Shown: positions 24,791-37,409 of the stretch, in pieces
Layout of the letters: each line of letters begins with the position of its first letter
How positions within the stretch are numbered: position 1 is the stretch's first letter
Assembly: GCF_006345805.1 (NCBI RefSeq)
Contig: NC_043019.1
Span: 28,705,360-28,769,359 of the forward strand
Length of the DNA: 64,000 bases
Source: Octopus sinensis
Taxonomy: Eukaryota
Direction of reading: 5' to 3'
Notes under the pieces: generated by a model
The model's input: the letters and a program-made list of their open reading frames with translations, nothing else
What the model was told of the DNA's origin: nothing
Databases searched by the model: none
Program-made: the position numbers and the translations under genes

Positions 24791-27766
24791 ATTCACTCAA
24801 ATGGAGTGTTTTGCTCAAGAACACAAGGCGTTGCCGGGTCCAGGAATCAAAACCACAATCTTACGATCATGATGCTGACACCCTAACCACTAAGTCACCT
24901 TATTTTCAATTAATTATGCTTTATCTTGTAGCTTCCAAGATTTCAAGGATGTGATTCTTTTATCTTTTACTTGTTTCAGTCATTTGACTGCGGCCATGCT
25001 GGGGCATTGCTTTCAGGGATTTAGTCAAACAAATCAAACCTAGTATTTATTTTTCTTAGAGCCTGTTATTTATCCTGTTGGTCTCTTCCTGCTAAACAAC
25101 TAAGTTACGGTGACAGAAACAAACCAACACCAGTTGACAAGCACAAAGACACACAAACACATAGGTATATACATATATATATACTTTTCTACACAAGGCA
25201 CAAAATTTTGGGAGTGGCACCCAGTAGATTAGATCTTCCCCAGTACGCAACTGGTACTTAATTTATCGACCCCGAAAGGATGAAAGGCGAAGTCAACCTC
25301 AACAGAATTTGAACTTAGAACATAAAGACGGATGAAATACCGCTAACCATTTCGTCTGGCATGTTAACATTACTGCCAGCTTATCACACACACATATATA
25401 TATATGCAAACAGTCTTTCAATTTCTGTCTCCCAAATCCACTCTCAAAGATTTGGTTGGCCCAGGGCTATAGTAGAAGACACTTGCCTGAGGTACCACAC
25501 GGTGGGACTGAACCCAAAACCATGTGGTTGGGAAGCAAATTTTTATAATGACATTGTAGGGTAGGTGTGAGGGGCTGGATTTGGCCAGTTTCATTGAACA
25601 TAAAACAGGTAGGATATTTCAGGTCAGATATGGCCAGTTTAAAAAGGAAAGGGTTAAAATACCTAAGACATGCTGTATTTGCCATGATGATATGATGGAG
25701 TCAACACTTCTGTGTATTATATTCTAGAGTGTGTGTGTGTGTGTGTGTTGGTAAATGCTTCGTTTTGTGAGTCAACTGGATAAGATTCATTATCACTTCT
25801 AGGATAAAATAAGTCATATTAATCCACGATGGATACACCTCAGTTGAGACTGAAAACAGTTCATTGACTCTGCTCTATTTATCATGTTTTGTTTTTCTGT
25901 TGTTGTTGTTGTTGCTGCTTTTTTCTGAAGATCAATAAAAGCCATTGATTGATTGACTCACGGTACTATTGAATCACCGTACACTTATGCCTTACTCATA
26001 TCAAAATATGTTTACTGCAGGTTCAGTTTCCCAAAAGTAGTAGTAGTGGTAGTGGTGGTGGCGGTGGTAGTCATAATAGTAGTAATAGTGATGGTGGTGG
26101 CAGCAGCAGCAGTAACCATAGTAGTAGTAGTAGTAGTAGTAGCAGGTGTTGCTGTTGTTGTTGTTTAACCCTATGCCATTCAAACCTATGATCAAAGATA
26201 ATGCAGCTCTTTTATTCATCTTGGATTTCAATAAGCCCTTCCTTTTTTAGGTCTCACCTAGCTGCTTTTTCTAGCAAGTCGAGTGATCTCATATGAAGAA
26301 ACAGCCAATTGTTTCTGTTATTACTATTGTTGCTCAGCCTCAAGGGAGCCCTGATCAAAGAAATCCATGATCACAGACAGTCCAACCATGACCAGCTTGG
26401 TTTTCTTTTTCAGACAGTATCTTTTCTGACATTTTATCTTCTTATTCTTTTCAGTTATTTGACTGTGGCCATGTTGGGGCCACTACCTTGAAGGGTTTTA
26501 GTCAAATAAATCGACCCTAGTACTTACGTTTTTAATTAAAGTTTGGTACTTATTCTATCAACTCCTTATTCTGAACCACTAAGTTATGGGGATGTAAACA
26601 AACCAACACCAGTTGTTAAGCTATGGTGTGAGACAAACACAAAGACATACATACATACTTACATACATATGGCAGGCTTCTTTCAGTTTCTTATTTCTTT
26701 ACTGCCCACAAGGGGCCACACACAGAGGGGACAAATAAGGACAGACAAACAGATTAAGTCGATTATATCAACCCCAGTACGTAACTAGTACTTATTTAAT
26801 CGACCCCGAAAGAATGAAGGGCAAAATCGACCTTGGCGGAATTTGAACCCAGAATGTAGCGGCAGACGAAATACCTATTTCTTTACTGCCCACAAGGGGT
26901 TACACACAGAGGGGACAAACAAGGACAAACGAATTAAGTCGATTACATCAACTTCAGTGCGTAACTGGTACTTAATTTATCGACCCCCGAAAGGATGAAA
27001 GGCAAAGTCGTCCTCGGCAGAATTTGAACTCAGAACATAACAGCAGACGAAATACCGCTAAGCATTTCACCCGGCGTGCTAACGTTTCTGCCAGCTTGCC
27101 ACCTTTCAGTTTCTTTCAGTTCTTTTAGTTTCTGTTTACCAAACAGGGCTTCTTTCAGTTTCTGTTTACCAAACTCACTCACAAGGCTTTAGTCAGCCCG
27201 GGGCCATAGTAGAAAACACTTACCTAAGGTGCCATTCAGTGGGGCTGAACCCATCTAAAATTACATTATCCAGTGCCTTCTTTCATTTTTAAATTTTAGG
27301 CTTTGACATGAGGGAGCTTTGGCTGCTATTTCTAACAGCACAAATGACAATGTAGTGACTCCTTTGTTGGTGAGATGGTGGGTGATAGTGACTGGTGATG
27401 TGTTTTCATACAAGAACAGAACTTATCAAAGCAGAAGCAAATAAAATGTAATGTTACTGTCAAAGGTCAAATATTTTTACAATAGCTCTGACATATGTCT
27501 TTTATCTGTTACTTGTTTCAGTCATACTTACTTTTTTTCAGCCTGGTTATTTATCCTATTGGTCTCTTACTGAGCTGCTAAGTTACGGGGACATAAACAA
27601 ACCAACACTGGTTGTCAAGCGGTGGTGTGAGACAAACACAGATACAAACACACACACACACACTCACACACACACACACTCACTCACACACACACACACA
27701 CTCACACACACATACACACGCACCACACACTCACACACACATACACACGCACCACACACACACACA

Positions 27767-28218
27767 CAATCTTGCTCAGAACATTGACCTCCTGGAATCT
27801 GTCCAGAGACATGCAACCAAACGCATACCCTCCATCAGACACCTACCATATTCTGAGCGCCTTGTTTCCCTGGGCATGGATTCACTGAAGCTCCGGCGTC
27901 TGGCGACGGACTTGGTAAACACCCACAAAGTTATCAACCACCTCACCAACAACAACACTGAACACCTTTTTGATCTCCATGTGTCTAACACACGTGGACA
28001 TGCCTACAAAGTCAGAAAACAACACAGCTCCCATGACTTTCGGAAACATTTTTTCACGCTCAGAGTTGCTGAAGCATGGAATAAACTGCCTGCATCAGTT
28101 GTTGACTGCCATGACACTGCATCCTTTAAGGCCCTCATGCTTTCCGAAATCCGCCGAAACTACACCTGATTATATATACACTTTAGATGAGTTGTAGTGC
28201 ACCTGAGCACTGTACACA

Positions 28219-28276
<58 letters not shown>
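27767..28276 (+). mobile_element. 5'-truncated CR1/L2-type LINE (ORF2 C-terminus, 3' UTR, (ATT)n tail) inserted in the (CA)n tract of a family A SINE
   Basis: Open frame IDLLESVQRHATKRIP...YSERLVSLGMDSLKLRRLATDL...TRGHAYKVRK...RKHFFTLRVAEAWNKLPASVV matches the CR1-group post-RT motifs QRRATK, LEERR..GDL, TRGH..K, FFS.RV...WN.LP. SINE halves lie on either side. Confidence 0.85.
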
Positions 28277-28277
<1 letters not shown>

Positions 28278-28661
28278 ATATATATCTTTATAAATGACAG
28301 GCTTCAGTTTCTGTCTACCAAATCCACTCACAAGGTTTTGGTCAGCCCAAGACTATAGTAGAATATATTTGCCCAAGGTGCCATGCAGTGAAACTGAACA
28401 CTGAACCATGTGGTTGGGAAGTCACCTTCTTACCACACAGCTACACCAACATAGATATATATGTGGTTAGGGAGCTTGCCTCCAAGCTACATGGTTTCAG
28501 GTTCAGTCCCACTGCGTGGCAATTTGGGTAGGTGTCTTCCGCTATAGCCCCGAGCCAACCGACGCTTTGTGATTGAATTCGGTAGGTGGAAGTTACTGCC
28601 GTGTGCGTATAGCTGCTCAGTGCCTCTCCGAAGAGAGAGAGGGATATATATATATATATAT

Positions 28662-28796
28662 ATTTATTATATAGAAGGAGCTTCTACAGGACTAGTACTG
28701 TTTCATTCAAGAGAAATCTTCAGGAAGAGCTTCCTGAAGGTTTTCTCTTGAATGAAACAGTACTAGTCCTGTAGAAGCTCCTTCTATATAATAAAT
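28662..28796. repeat. Near-perfect 135-bp palindrome/hairpin
   Basis: Arms of ~66 bp, 2-nt centre (GGAAG-AG-CTTCC), one mismatch/bulge near the centre. Confidence 0.95.
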
Positions 28797-28909
28797 TAAT
28801 TTTACTCTGCTATGTATTGAGTACCTTACTTACTGTGGTTAACCCCGAATCAACCCGGGACCTACATATATATATATATATATATATTTTTTTTTTTTTC
28901 TCATGCTAA

Positions 28910-29235
28910 TTTACAACATTGCTGACTCGTGATATAGATGACTCACAAATGTCAATTTACAACATTGTTAACTCATAATACTGCTGACTCACAACACAGC
29001 AATCCACAACACTGATGACTCACAACTGTTGATTCACAACATTAGTGACTCACAAAAATGTTGATTAGAATATTGCTGATTAACAACACTGTTGACTCTT
29101 TCAAGTCACAATATTGATGACTCACAATACTACTAACTTACAACACAGCTGACTCACGACAATGCTATCTCACAACACTGCTGACTTCACATTGACTCAT
29201 AATACTGTTGACTCACGACATTTAATTCACAATAT
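28910..29235. repeat. Degenerate ~16-bp minisatellite (CACAACACTGCTGACT-like)
   Basis: Recurring ACAACA/TGACTCA modules. Confidence 0.8.
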
Positions 29236-29502
29236 TCTCTTTTAAGCACACAATGTGTGAGCCTTACACAGTTTCTTGATCTGCTCAAAAGTGCAGTCAA
29301 ATTCTTTCAAACATACTCTACTCACATGGGGCAATATCAAAGACATAAAAACATAAACCTGCCAACACTGGAACACCTTCCATTATAGGTCTTCCCAATC
29401 AGATCTGAACCTGAAATTAAATATCAACAGAGCCAGTTATATGAAGCATTATGATAGCAAGATTACTACATCATATGAAGCTGCAACAAGACACCTGTTT
29501 CT

Positions 29503-30082
29503 TATTTCTTTATTGCCCAAAAGGGGCTAAACAGAGGGAACAAACAAGGACAGACAAAGGGATTAAATCGATTACATTGACCTCAGTGCATAACTGGTTC
29601 TTAATTTATCGACCCCAAAAGGACGAAAGGCAAAGTCGACCTCAGCAGAATTTGAACTCAGAACATAATGGCAGACGAAATACCTATTTCTATTTCTTCA
29701 CTACCCACAAGGGGCTAAACACAGAGAGGACAGACAAACGAATTAAGTTGATTACATCGATCCCAGTGCATAACTGGTACTTAATTTATCAACCCCGAAA
29801 GGATGAAAGGCAAAGTTGACCTCGGTGGAATTTGAACTCAGAATGTAATGGCAGACGAAATACCTATTTCTTTACTACCTACAAGGGGACAAACAAGGAC
29901 AGACAAACGAAATAAGTTAATTACATCGACCCCAGTGCATAACTAGTACTTAATTTATCGACCCCGAAAGGATGAAAGGCAAAGTCGACCTCAGCGGAAT
30001 TTGAACTCAGAACGTAGCGGCAGACGAAATACCGCTAAGCATTTCACCCGGCGTGCTAACGATTCTGCCAGCTCGCCGCCTT
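29503..30082 (-). mobile_element. SINE family C trimer
   Basis: Three head-to-tail units, only the first with the full tRNA head. 15-bp TSD AAGACACC(T/A)GTTTCT at 29488-29502 and 30083-30097. Confidence 0.85.
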
Positions 30083-30624
30083 AAGACACCAGTTTCTGTC
30101 TCTCTGTCTCACAATAGCCTTTTATCATCTGAAACAAGGCCACCTTCTCCATTACTGTAAGTCAACCTCTTACTGTAGTGGGCATTATGTCCGTCTGTTC
30201 CTTTTTCTCAGTCAAACGACTGAACCAATGGTCATGATGTTTTTTAGGATTACGAAAGAGGTAATCAGGAAAAAGTATGATTATTTAGTGGATACTGAGA
30301 TTTGATTTAATAAAATTAGTAGGCGCGGGCATGGCTGTGTGGTTAGGGAGCTTGCTTCCTAGCTACATGGTTTCGGGTTCGGTCCCACTGCATGGCACTT
30401 TGGGTAGGTGTCTTCTGCTTTAGCCCCGAGCCGACCGAAGCTTTGTGATTGAATTCGGCAGGCGGAAGTTACTGCCGTGTGTGTACATGTGCGTGTAGGT
30501 GCTTGTGCCTCTCTGAAAGAGAGAGAGGGAAAATCACCTTTGATTTGTTTTGTTAAAATTCCAGCCATGAGGATTAACTCTGGCTCCTCCACCCCCATAT
30601 AGTTTGTGAATTTAAAGGGTTTAA

Positions 30625-30864
30625 ATTTGCGATACTATCCCTTTATTTCCCATCATAGATGGTCAGATTCCAAGAGATTCTGCTCACGCATTCCCAACAA
30701 ACAAGGCACAGGGCCAGACTTTAGATCATGTAAGTGTGTTTTTATCCACTCTGATGTTTACACATGGCCAGTTATATGTCACTATGAGTAGAGCAACAGA
30801 CTCCAGTAATTTGAAAATTAGTGTCGACCAAACAGAAAATATTGTCTGCAAAGAAGTTTTGTAA
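30625..30864 (+). pseudogene. Helitron RepHel (Pif1-like helicase) C-terminal remnant
   Basis: My translation: ICDTIPLFPIIDGQIPRDSAHAFPTNKAQGQTLDHVSVFLSTLMFTHGQLYVTMSRATDSSNLKISVDQTENIVCKEVL*. Matches the Helitron pattern QFP.RLA.AMTINKSQGQTL..VG.YL..PVFSHGQLYVA.SR...T.NIVYKEVL*. Confidence 0.85.
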
Positions 30865-31565
30865 TCATATTGATATTATTGAAAGGAATATGATTCATAA
30901 TTTAAATAAGGAAATTTGTGAACTTTGAATGTATAAGAGGATAAACAAGAATAAAATAGTGTAAACAAGTGTGTGTGTATATGTTTGTGTGTCTGTGTTT
31001 GTCCCCCTAGCATTGCTTGACAACCGATGCTGGTGTGTTTACGTCCCCGTCACTTAGCGGTTCGGCAAAAGAGACCGATAGAATAAGTACTGGGCTTACA
31101 AAGAATAAGTCCCGGGGTCGATTTGCTCGACTAAAGGCGGTGCTCCAGCATGGCCGCAGTCAAATGACTGAAACAAGTAAAAGAGTAGAGTAACTAATAT
31201 AAAAGTATATCTAAATAACATTTTGTTTTTTAACACTTTTTATGTAGTGGTCGCAGGAAGGTCTGGCTTTCATTGGGAGTGGTCCACATAACCATTCATG
31301 ATATAGAGGCTGGGAGCTTATTTCAGTTCGGGAGTGAATCGTCATTACATGTCACTTAGTCGCAAACACATGTCATATAGCTGCAACAGAATGCTGTATC
31401 ACCAACAATAATATGATTTCTCTAAGACATCACCCAGTAATCTATCAAACCCCATTTACACATTTCTCAATACATACTGCTGTTGTGACTCCTCTCCCTC
31501 ATTTTATGCTTGCATCTTAGATGGGTAGATTTGCTAGTTATACTACTACTACTACTACTACTACT

Positions 31566-31814
31566 AAATCTCCTGTGAAAGGTAGGAGAGTCCAGTTTGC
31601 TGGACATTGTTGTAGAGCTGAAAAAGAAGTAATTTCTACTCTTCTCCTCTGGAAGCCATCTACTCGCAATACCAGAGGGTGCACACTCTCCTACCCTGAT
31701 GTAATCTCCAGGGATACAGGCATCCAGCAACAGGACCTCCGTAATGCCATGATGGACCATGAAGTCTGGCGTAGCATGGTAAATTCCATTGTCTCGACCA
31801 CGGTCGAACAATGA
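31566..31814 (+). mobile_element. RTE-type LINE 3' fragment between (TAC)n/(TAA)n tracts
   Basis: RRVQFAGHCCRAEKEVISTLLLWKP...RG.TLSYPDVISRDTG...LRNAMMDHEVWR matches the RTE C-terminal pattern RRL.FAGHC.R......LLLW.P...RGRP..TY.D.L..DTG...L..AM.DR..WR. Confidence 0.75.
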
Positions 31815-31836
31815 TGAATGACGACTACTACTACTA

Positions 31837-31900
<64 letters not shown>

Positions 31901-32819
31901 TTTTCCTTCTAAAGGCATAAGGCCTCAAATTGTTGCATGGAAAGGGGATAGTTGTCTGGTGTGCCGGTAATTTTCCCAGCTCACCACTTTAATAATAATA
32001 ATAATAATAATAATATAATAATAATAAATTCTTGTATAGACAGGAGGCCAGCAATTTAGATAGGAGTATATCTGATTATATAAATGGCAGTAATTAACTG
32101 GCACATATCAAGCCCTTGAAGGATGGAGAGGTAAATTTGACCTCTGCAAGGATTTGAACACAGAACGTAGAGAGAGCTGGAACAAATGCCGCAAAGTATT
32201 TTGGCCCATGCTCAAACAACTCCCCCACCCCTACCCTACATCCCACCCCACCCCACCCGTCTAATGACTTTGCTGGCATTAAAAGATGACTGAATGAAAT
32301 AGGATTTTTTTAATGCTGGAAAGAACCATTTAAATGTCAAAGAAAAGAAGCATTCTATTTTCAGAATAAATTGTTAATAATTGGTTTCTTAAATACACAC
32401 CATTAATTTATAGAAAAGGAATAAGATTGTGTGATATTATTCTCTGCTTCTTCTTCTCATTTTTTTTAAATTTTACATTTTCATGAACAATATCATTGTT
32501 GGTTGGTCGTTGCAGCTTTCTGACAAGCCAATAATTGGTTCAGTGCATTTATGATGGCAAAAAACGAGAGAGGAGAGCACCCCATTGCAACACAGACAGA
32601 ACAAATACCACAAAAATATTTTTTTTTTTGGTTGAAAGTACAGATTTATTTATTGTTTCTTTGCTATTGTTTGCATCTTTGATTAATGCCAGACAAAGAT
32701 ACACGTGCACGCATACATGCATACATCCTGTTCATCCATCCGAGTGACAAGGACCAGACAGTCGTCCTTAAGGATGACTGCTGGCTTGTGCAATGACTAA
32801 GCTTCCCCAACAGATCTTC

Positions 32820-32864
<45 letters not shown>

Positions 32865-34494
32865 TATATCATGGCAAGCTGGCAGAAACGTTAGCATGCT
32901 GGGTGAGATGCGTAGCTGTATTTCGTCTGTCGTTACGTTCCGAGTTGAAATTCTGCCGAGGTCAACTTTGCCTTTCATCCTTTTGGGGTTGATAAATTAA
33001 GTACCAGTTATACGCTGGGGTTGATGTAATCGACTTAATCCCTTTGTCTGTCCTTGTTTGTCCCCTCTATGTTTAGCCCCTTGTGGGTAGTAAAGAAATA
33101 TTTATATATCACTGTGATCACCGTGACCGACCAGGCTATCAGATGTTGCTACACATCGCTGGTCACAATGTGCTTCGCCTTCAAATGATGCCACCTTGCT
33201 GGCTAAGCAAGCAGGCCAACAGAAGAAAGAGTGAGAGAAAGTTGTGTTGAAAGAGTACAGCAGGGATCGCTACCACCCCCTGCCGGAGCCTCGTGGAGCT
33301 TTAGGTGTTTTCGCTCAATAAACACCCACAACACCAGGTCTGGGAATTGAAACCACGATCCTACAGTATATGCAATAACACTGAAAAACAAAGATATGAA
33401 GTGATTACATCTCAGGTCCTCAACCAGGAATTGAAACTTAACTCTGAATGTTTCTGCAATCTTCTTTCCATTGTTCTTTGAATTTGCACTCAGAAATTTA
33501 CAAGAGTCAGCTGTCAACTTCTTCACCATCCTGTGTCATGTCCTGTTCTTCTACTAAGCATGATTTGACCATGATAATCGGTGGCCCTGAAAAGAAACAA
33601 ACAGTGGTGTCCTGTTGTGAGTGGAGCCTTTGATCGAACAATGCAATGCTGCTACATCTCTTACAAATATGAATGCAAAACAAGCACAGACATATTGATT
33701 TCAAATTTAGGCACAAGGCCAGCAATTTCAGGGGTGGAAGTAAGTCGATTGCGTCAACCCTAGTGCTCAACTGGTACTTATTTTATTGGTGGCCCTGAAA
33801 GGATGAAAGATAAAGTTGACTTCAGCAAAATTCGAACTCACAATGTAAAGACAGATGAAGTGCTGCTAAGCATTTTACCCAGCATGCTAATGATTCTGCC
33901 AGCTTGCCGCCCTCTGCCGGATGCCAGACATGTTAACACTAAGACAAAAATATCTTCAAAGTGAAAAGAAAGAACTTCCCTTGATCTCTCTCTTTCACAT
34001 TAGCAAGCATGTGACAGCTATTAATCCTTTTGATACCAACCTGCCTGAGCCCCACCCTTAGTTCTGTTACAAACTTGGTGCTTTAAAGTGTTCTAAATTA
34101 CATACCTTCCATTAAAATTACATGTGAAAATCAAGTTCCACACACTGACTTAATAATAACAAAGTTATTGCAGTTATTTTACTAAATTCTTTATTGTTTC
34201 CAAAATTAATTCAAACAAAGGAAGTGCATTTTGACAAATATTCTCTTTTACCCTTTTTCTCTCTTACTTGTTTCAGTCATTTGACTGTGGCCATGCTGGA
34301 GCACTGCCTTTTTTAGTCAAGCAAATTGACCCCAGGACTTATTCTTTGTAAGCCTAGTACTTATTCTATCGGTCTCTTTTGCCGAACCACTAAGTTATGG
34401 GGAGGTAAACACACCAGCATCAGTTGTCAAGCGATGTTGGGGGGGACAAAAACAGACACGCAAACATATACACACATACATACATCCATTTCAA

Positions 34495-34595
34495 TATGTG
34501 ACCGCGTGTGTATCGTTGGCGATTTTCTTTCTCTGTCTTCCCTTCCTTGGACCTTTCCTTTTTCTATGTTTCTGACAAAGAGCTCCGCTCGAAAC
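34495..34595 (+). mobile_element. Penelope-like terminal fragment inserted in a SINE microsatellite
   Basis: Homologous to 51835-51900. Ends CTGACAAAGAGCTCCGCTCGAAAC. Confidence 0.65.
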
Positions 34596-34596
34596 A

Positions 34597-34627
<31 letters not shown>

Positions 34628-36419
34628 GTATGTATATATATATACATATATACGACGGGCTTCTTTCAGTTTCCGTCTACCAAATCCACTCACAAGGCTT
34701 TGGTCGGCCCGAGATTATAGTAGAAGACATTTGCCGAAGGTACCACGCAGTGGAACTGAACTCGGGACCATGTGGTTTGTAAACAAGCTAACAAAATAGT
34801 TAATGTTTTTTCATTACTCCCTACCAATGTACTCTTTAAGCTGCACATTTTTGAACTTACATATTTTATAACTAGCACATATAATGTTTTCAACCCTTAA
34901 GTAGTCGATGTATGAATGCCCTTGTATAGCTGTATAAATTACTTATATGAAAGCACTCATTAGAAGGAAGGAGCACTCCATCGGTTACGATAACGAGGGT
35001 CCCAGCTGATATGATCAACAGATCAGCTTGCTTGTGAAATTTACGTGCAAGTGGCTGGGCACTCCACAGACATGTGTACCCTAAATGTAGTTCTCAGGGA
35101 GATTCAGTGTGACAAGGCTGGACCTTTGAAATACAGGTACTACTTATTTTTGCTATCTGAGTGGACTGGAGCAATGTGAAATATAGTGTCTTGCTCAAGG
35201 GCACAACATGTTGCCGGGAATTGAACTCACGACTTTACAATCGTGAACCGAATGCCCTAACCACTAAGCCACACATCTTCACTCATACTTTGCAAAGGAA
35301 GACAATATTTTTGCTCACATGCATAGTGGTACTACTTTTCCTTACTATTTCTCTCACTCACTTCTTCCTATGTCATTACTCTCTCTCTCTCTTCTTTTCA
35401 CTCCATCTTGGCTGTGTTGACTTAAATAAATTGAGCTACCATAGTTTCAAGAGGACCCTTTAATCTTGGCAAAAACATGACAACCACACAAAGGCGGTGA
35501 GCTGGCAGAAACATTAGCATGCTGGGCAAAATGCTTAGTGGTATTTCGTCTGCCACTATGTTCTGAGTTCAAATTCTGCTGAGGTCAACTTTGCCTTTCA
35601 TCCTTTCGGGGTCAATAAATTAAGTACCAATTATGCACTGGGGTCGATCTAATCAACTTAATCCCTTTGTCTGTCCTTGTTTGTCCTCTCTGTGTTTAGC
35701 CCCTTGTGGGTAGTAAAGAAATAGATATTTCGTCTGCCACTATGTTCTGAGTTCAAATTCTGCCGAGGTCAACTTTGCCTTTCATCCTTTCGGGGTCAAT
35801 AAATTAAGTACCAGTTACACACTGGGGTCAATCTAATCAACTCAATCCCTTTGTCTGTCCTTGTTTGCCCCCTCTATGTTTAGCCCCTTGTGGGCAATAA
35901 AGAAATAAAAAACATGACAACCACTCTAATGTTGGTGCCACATAAAATGCACCTTGTTTGTTCAAATATGATTGGCTGCAATATATGTCAATAACTGCAT
36001 GGGTGTCCTATTGGATAACTGCATGGGTGTCCTATTGCTAGCTATGCTAATATTACCAAATATGGTAATAATAACAATATCTGGATTTTGTCTCAGACTG
36101 AAATGCTTTACGATTAAATCTGGAAAGTGATCCATTACACATGTTTCAAATCCAATTTTTTCCAAACGATTCTTATTGAAAATAACAAATGGAACTTAAA
36201 TTCAACATGGCTCAGTTATTTTAGGTAAATCTGTCTAGGATTTCTACAAAGAAAATTGATCAGCATTTGATATTATTTAGCGCTCCACATACTCATACTT
36301 ACCATTCTATACCAGCAAGCAACCAACCTAATGTGTGTTCATGGTTGCACAGATGTAAGATTAAAAAAAATTTTATGAGAGTGTGTGAGATAAATTAAAT
36401 GAGCCTATGAAGATATATG

Positions 36420-36609
36420 TATTTCCGGTAATGCTATATATCTATATATGTATGTGTATATGTATATATATATACATGTGTGTGCCTATGTGTGTGTATA
36501 TGTATGTATATATATATATATATGTATGTATGTGTGTGTGTATGTATGTATGTATATATGTATGTATATATATATATATACATGTGTGTGTATATATATA
36601 TGTATGTAT

Positions 36610-36655
<46 letters not shown>

Positions 36656-36866
36656 TGCATACATGCATATATATATGCATATACATATGCATGTGAATGC
36701 ACGTGTGTATATATATATCATTACCATCATCATCAACATCATCATCGTCATCATTATCATCATCATTTAACGTCTGCCTTCTATGTTGGCATGAACATAT
36801 GGATATATATGTGTGTGTGTGTGTATGTGTATATTATATGTATGTATGCATCTCTCTCTCACTCTC

Positions 36867-36916
<50 letters not shown>

Positions 36917-36965
36917 ATATACACATACACACACATATATATATATACACACACACTTAAACATA
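36420..36965. repeat. (TA)/(TG)/(CAT) compound microsatellite
   Basis: Directly visible. Confidence 0.95.
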
Positions 36966-37409
36966 CATAAATATGAGTGTAAGTTTAAATAACTACTTAT
37001 ATGTAAATGTATATACATATATGTAAATGCACACTCACACACGCACACACACATTCACATACATATGTGTAAAGGATTTAATAAACGTTCAAAAGATTAG
37101 AAACTGATACCTCACTCATAGTTAAAAGGTATCGTGATAAAGTTCACGGTTTTCAGCTTGTAAACCGATAGTTTTCCCCTTTACTTCAAAACCTTACATA
37201 CTTTATTTTATTTTTTACATAACCGTCATTTAGTTTTATGAAGGGAAATATCAACTTGAATAACAATTTGTAGCTGCAGGAGTTAGCAGACGTTCACGCC
37301 ATTTGTTTTAAGGACGAGATTAAAGATGAAAAAATTCACTAAGTTTTTTAACATCAGTTCAACATTTTATAAATAAATAAATTTATAAAATAATGTCATT
37401 CTTGTACGT

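Noticed and set aside
25953-26231. Ser/Gly- or Val-rich ORFs after an acceptor-like TGCAG
   Set aside because: This is a compound trinucleotide microsatellite open in several frames, with no coding signal.
30659-30729. Apparent host exon (CATAG acceptor, GTAAGT donor)
   Set aside because: The frame continues through the GT with Helitron helicase motifs to the natural RepHel stop, so it is transposon-derived.
33507-33595. Possible - strand terminal exon PPIIMVKSCLVEEQDMTQDGEEVDS*
   Set aside because: It has a good acceptor but no partner exon or homology, and the acceptor sequence resembles a nearby SINE motif at ~33790.
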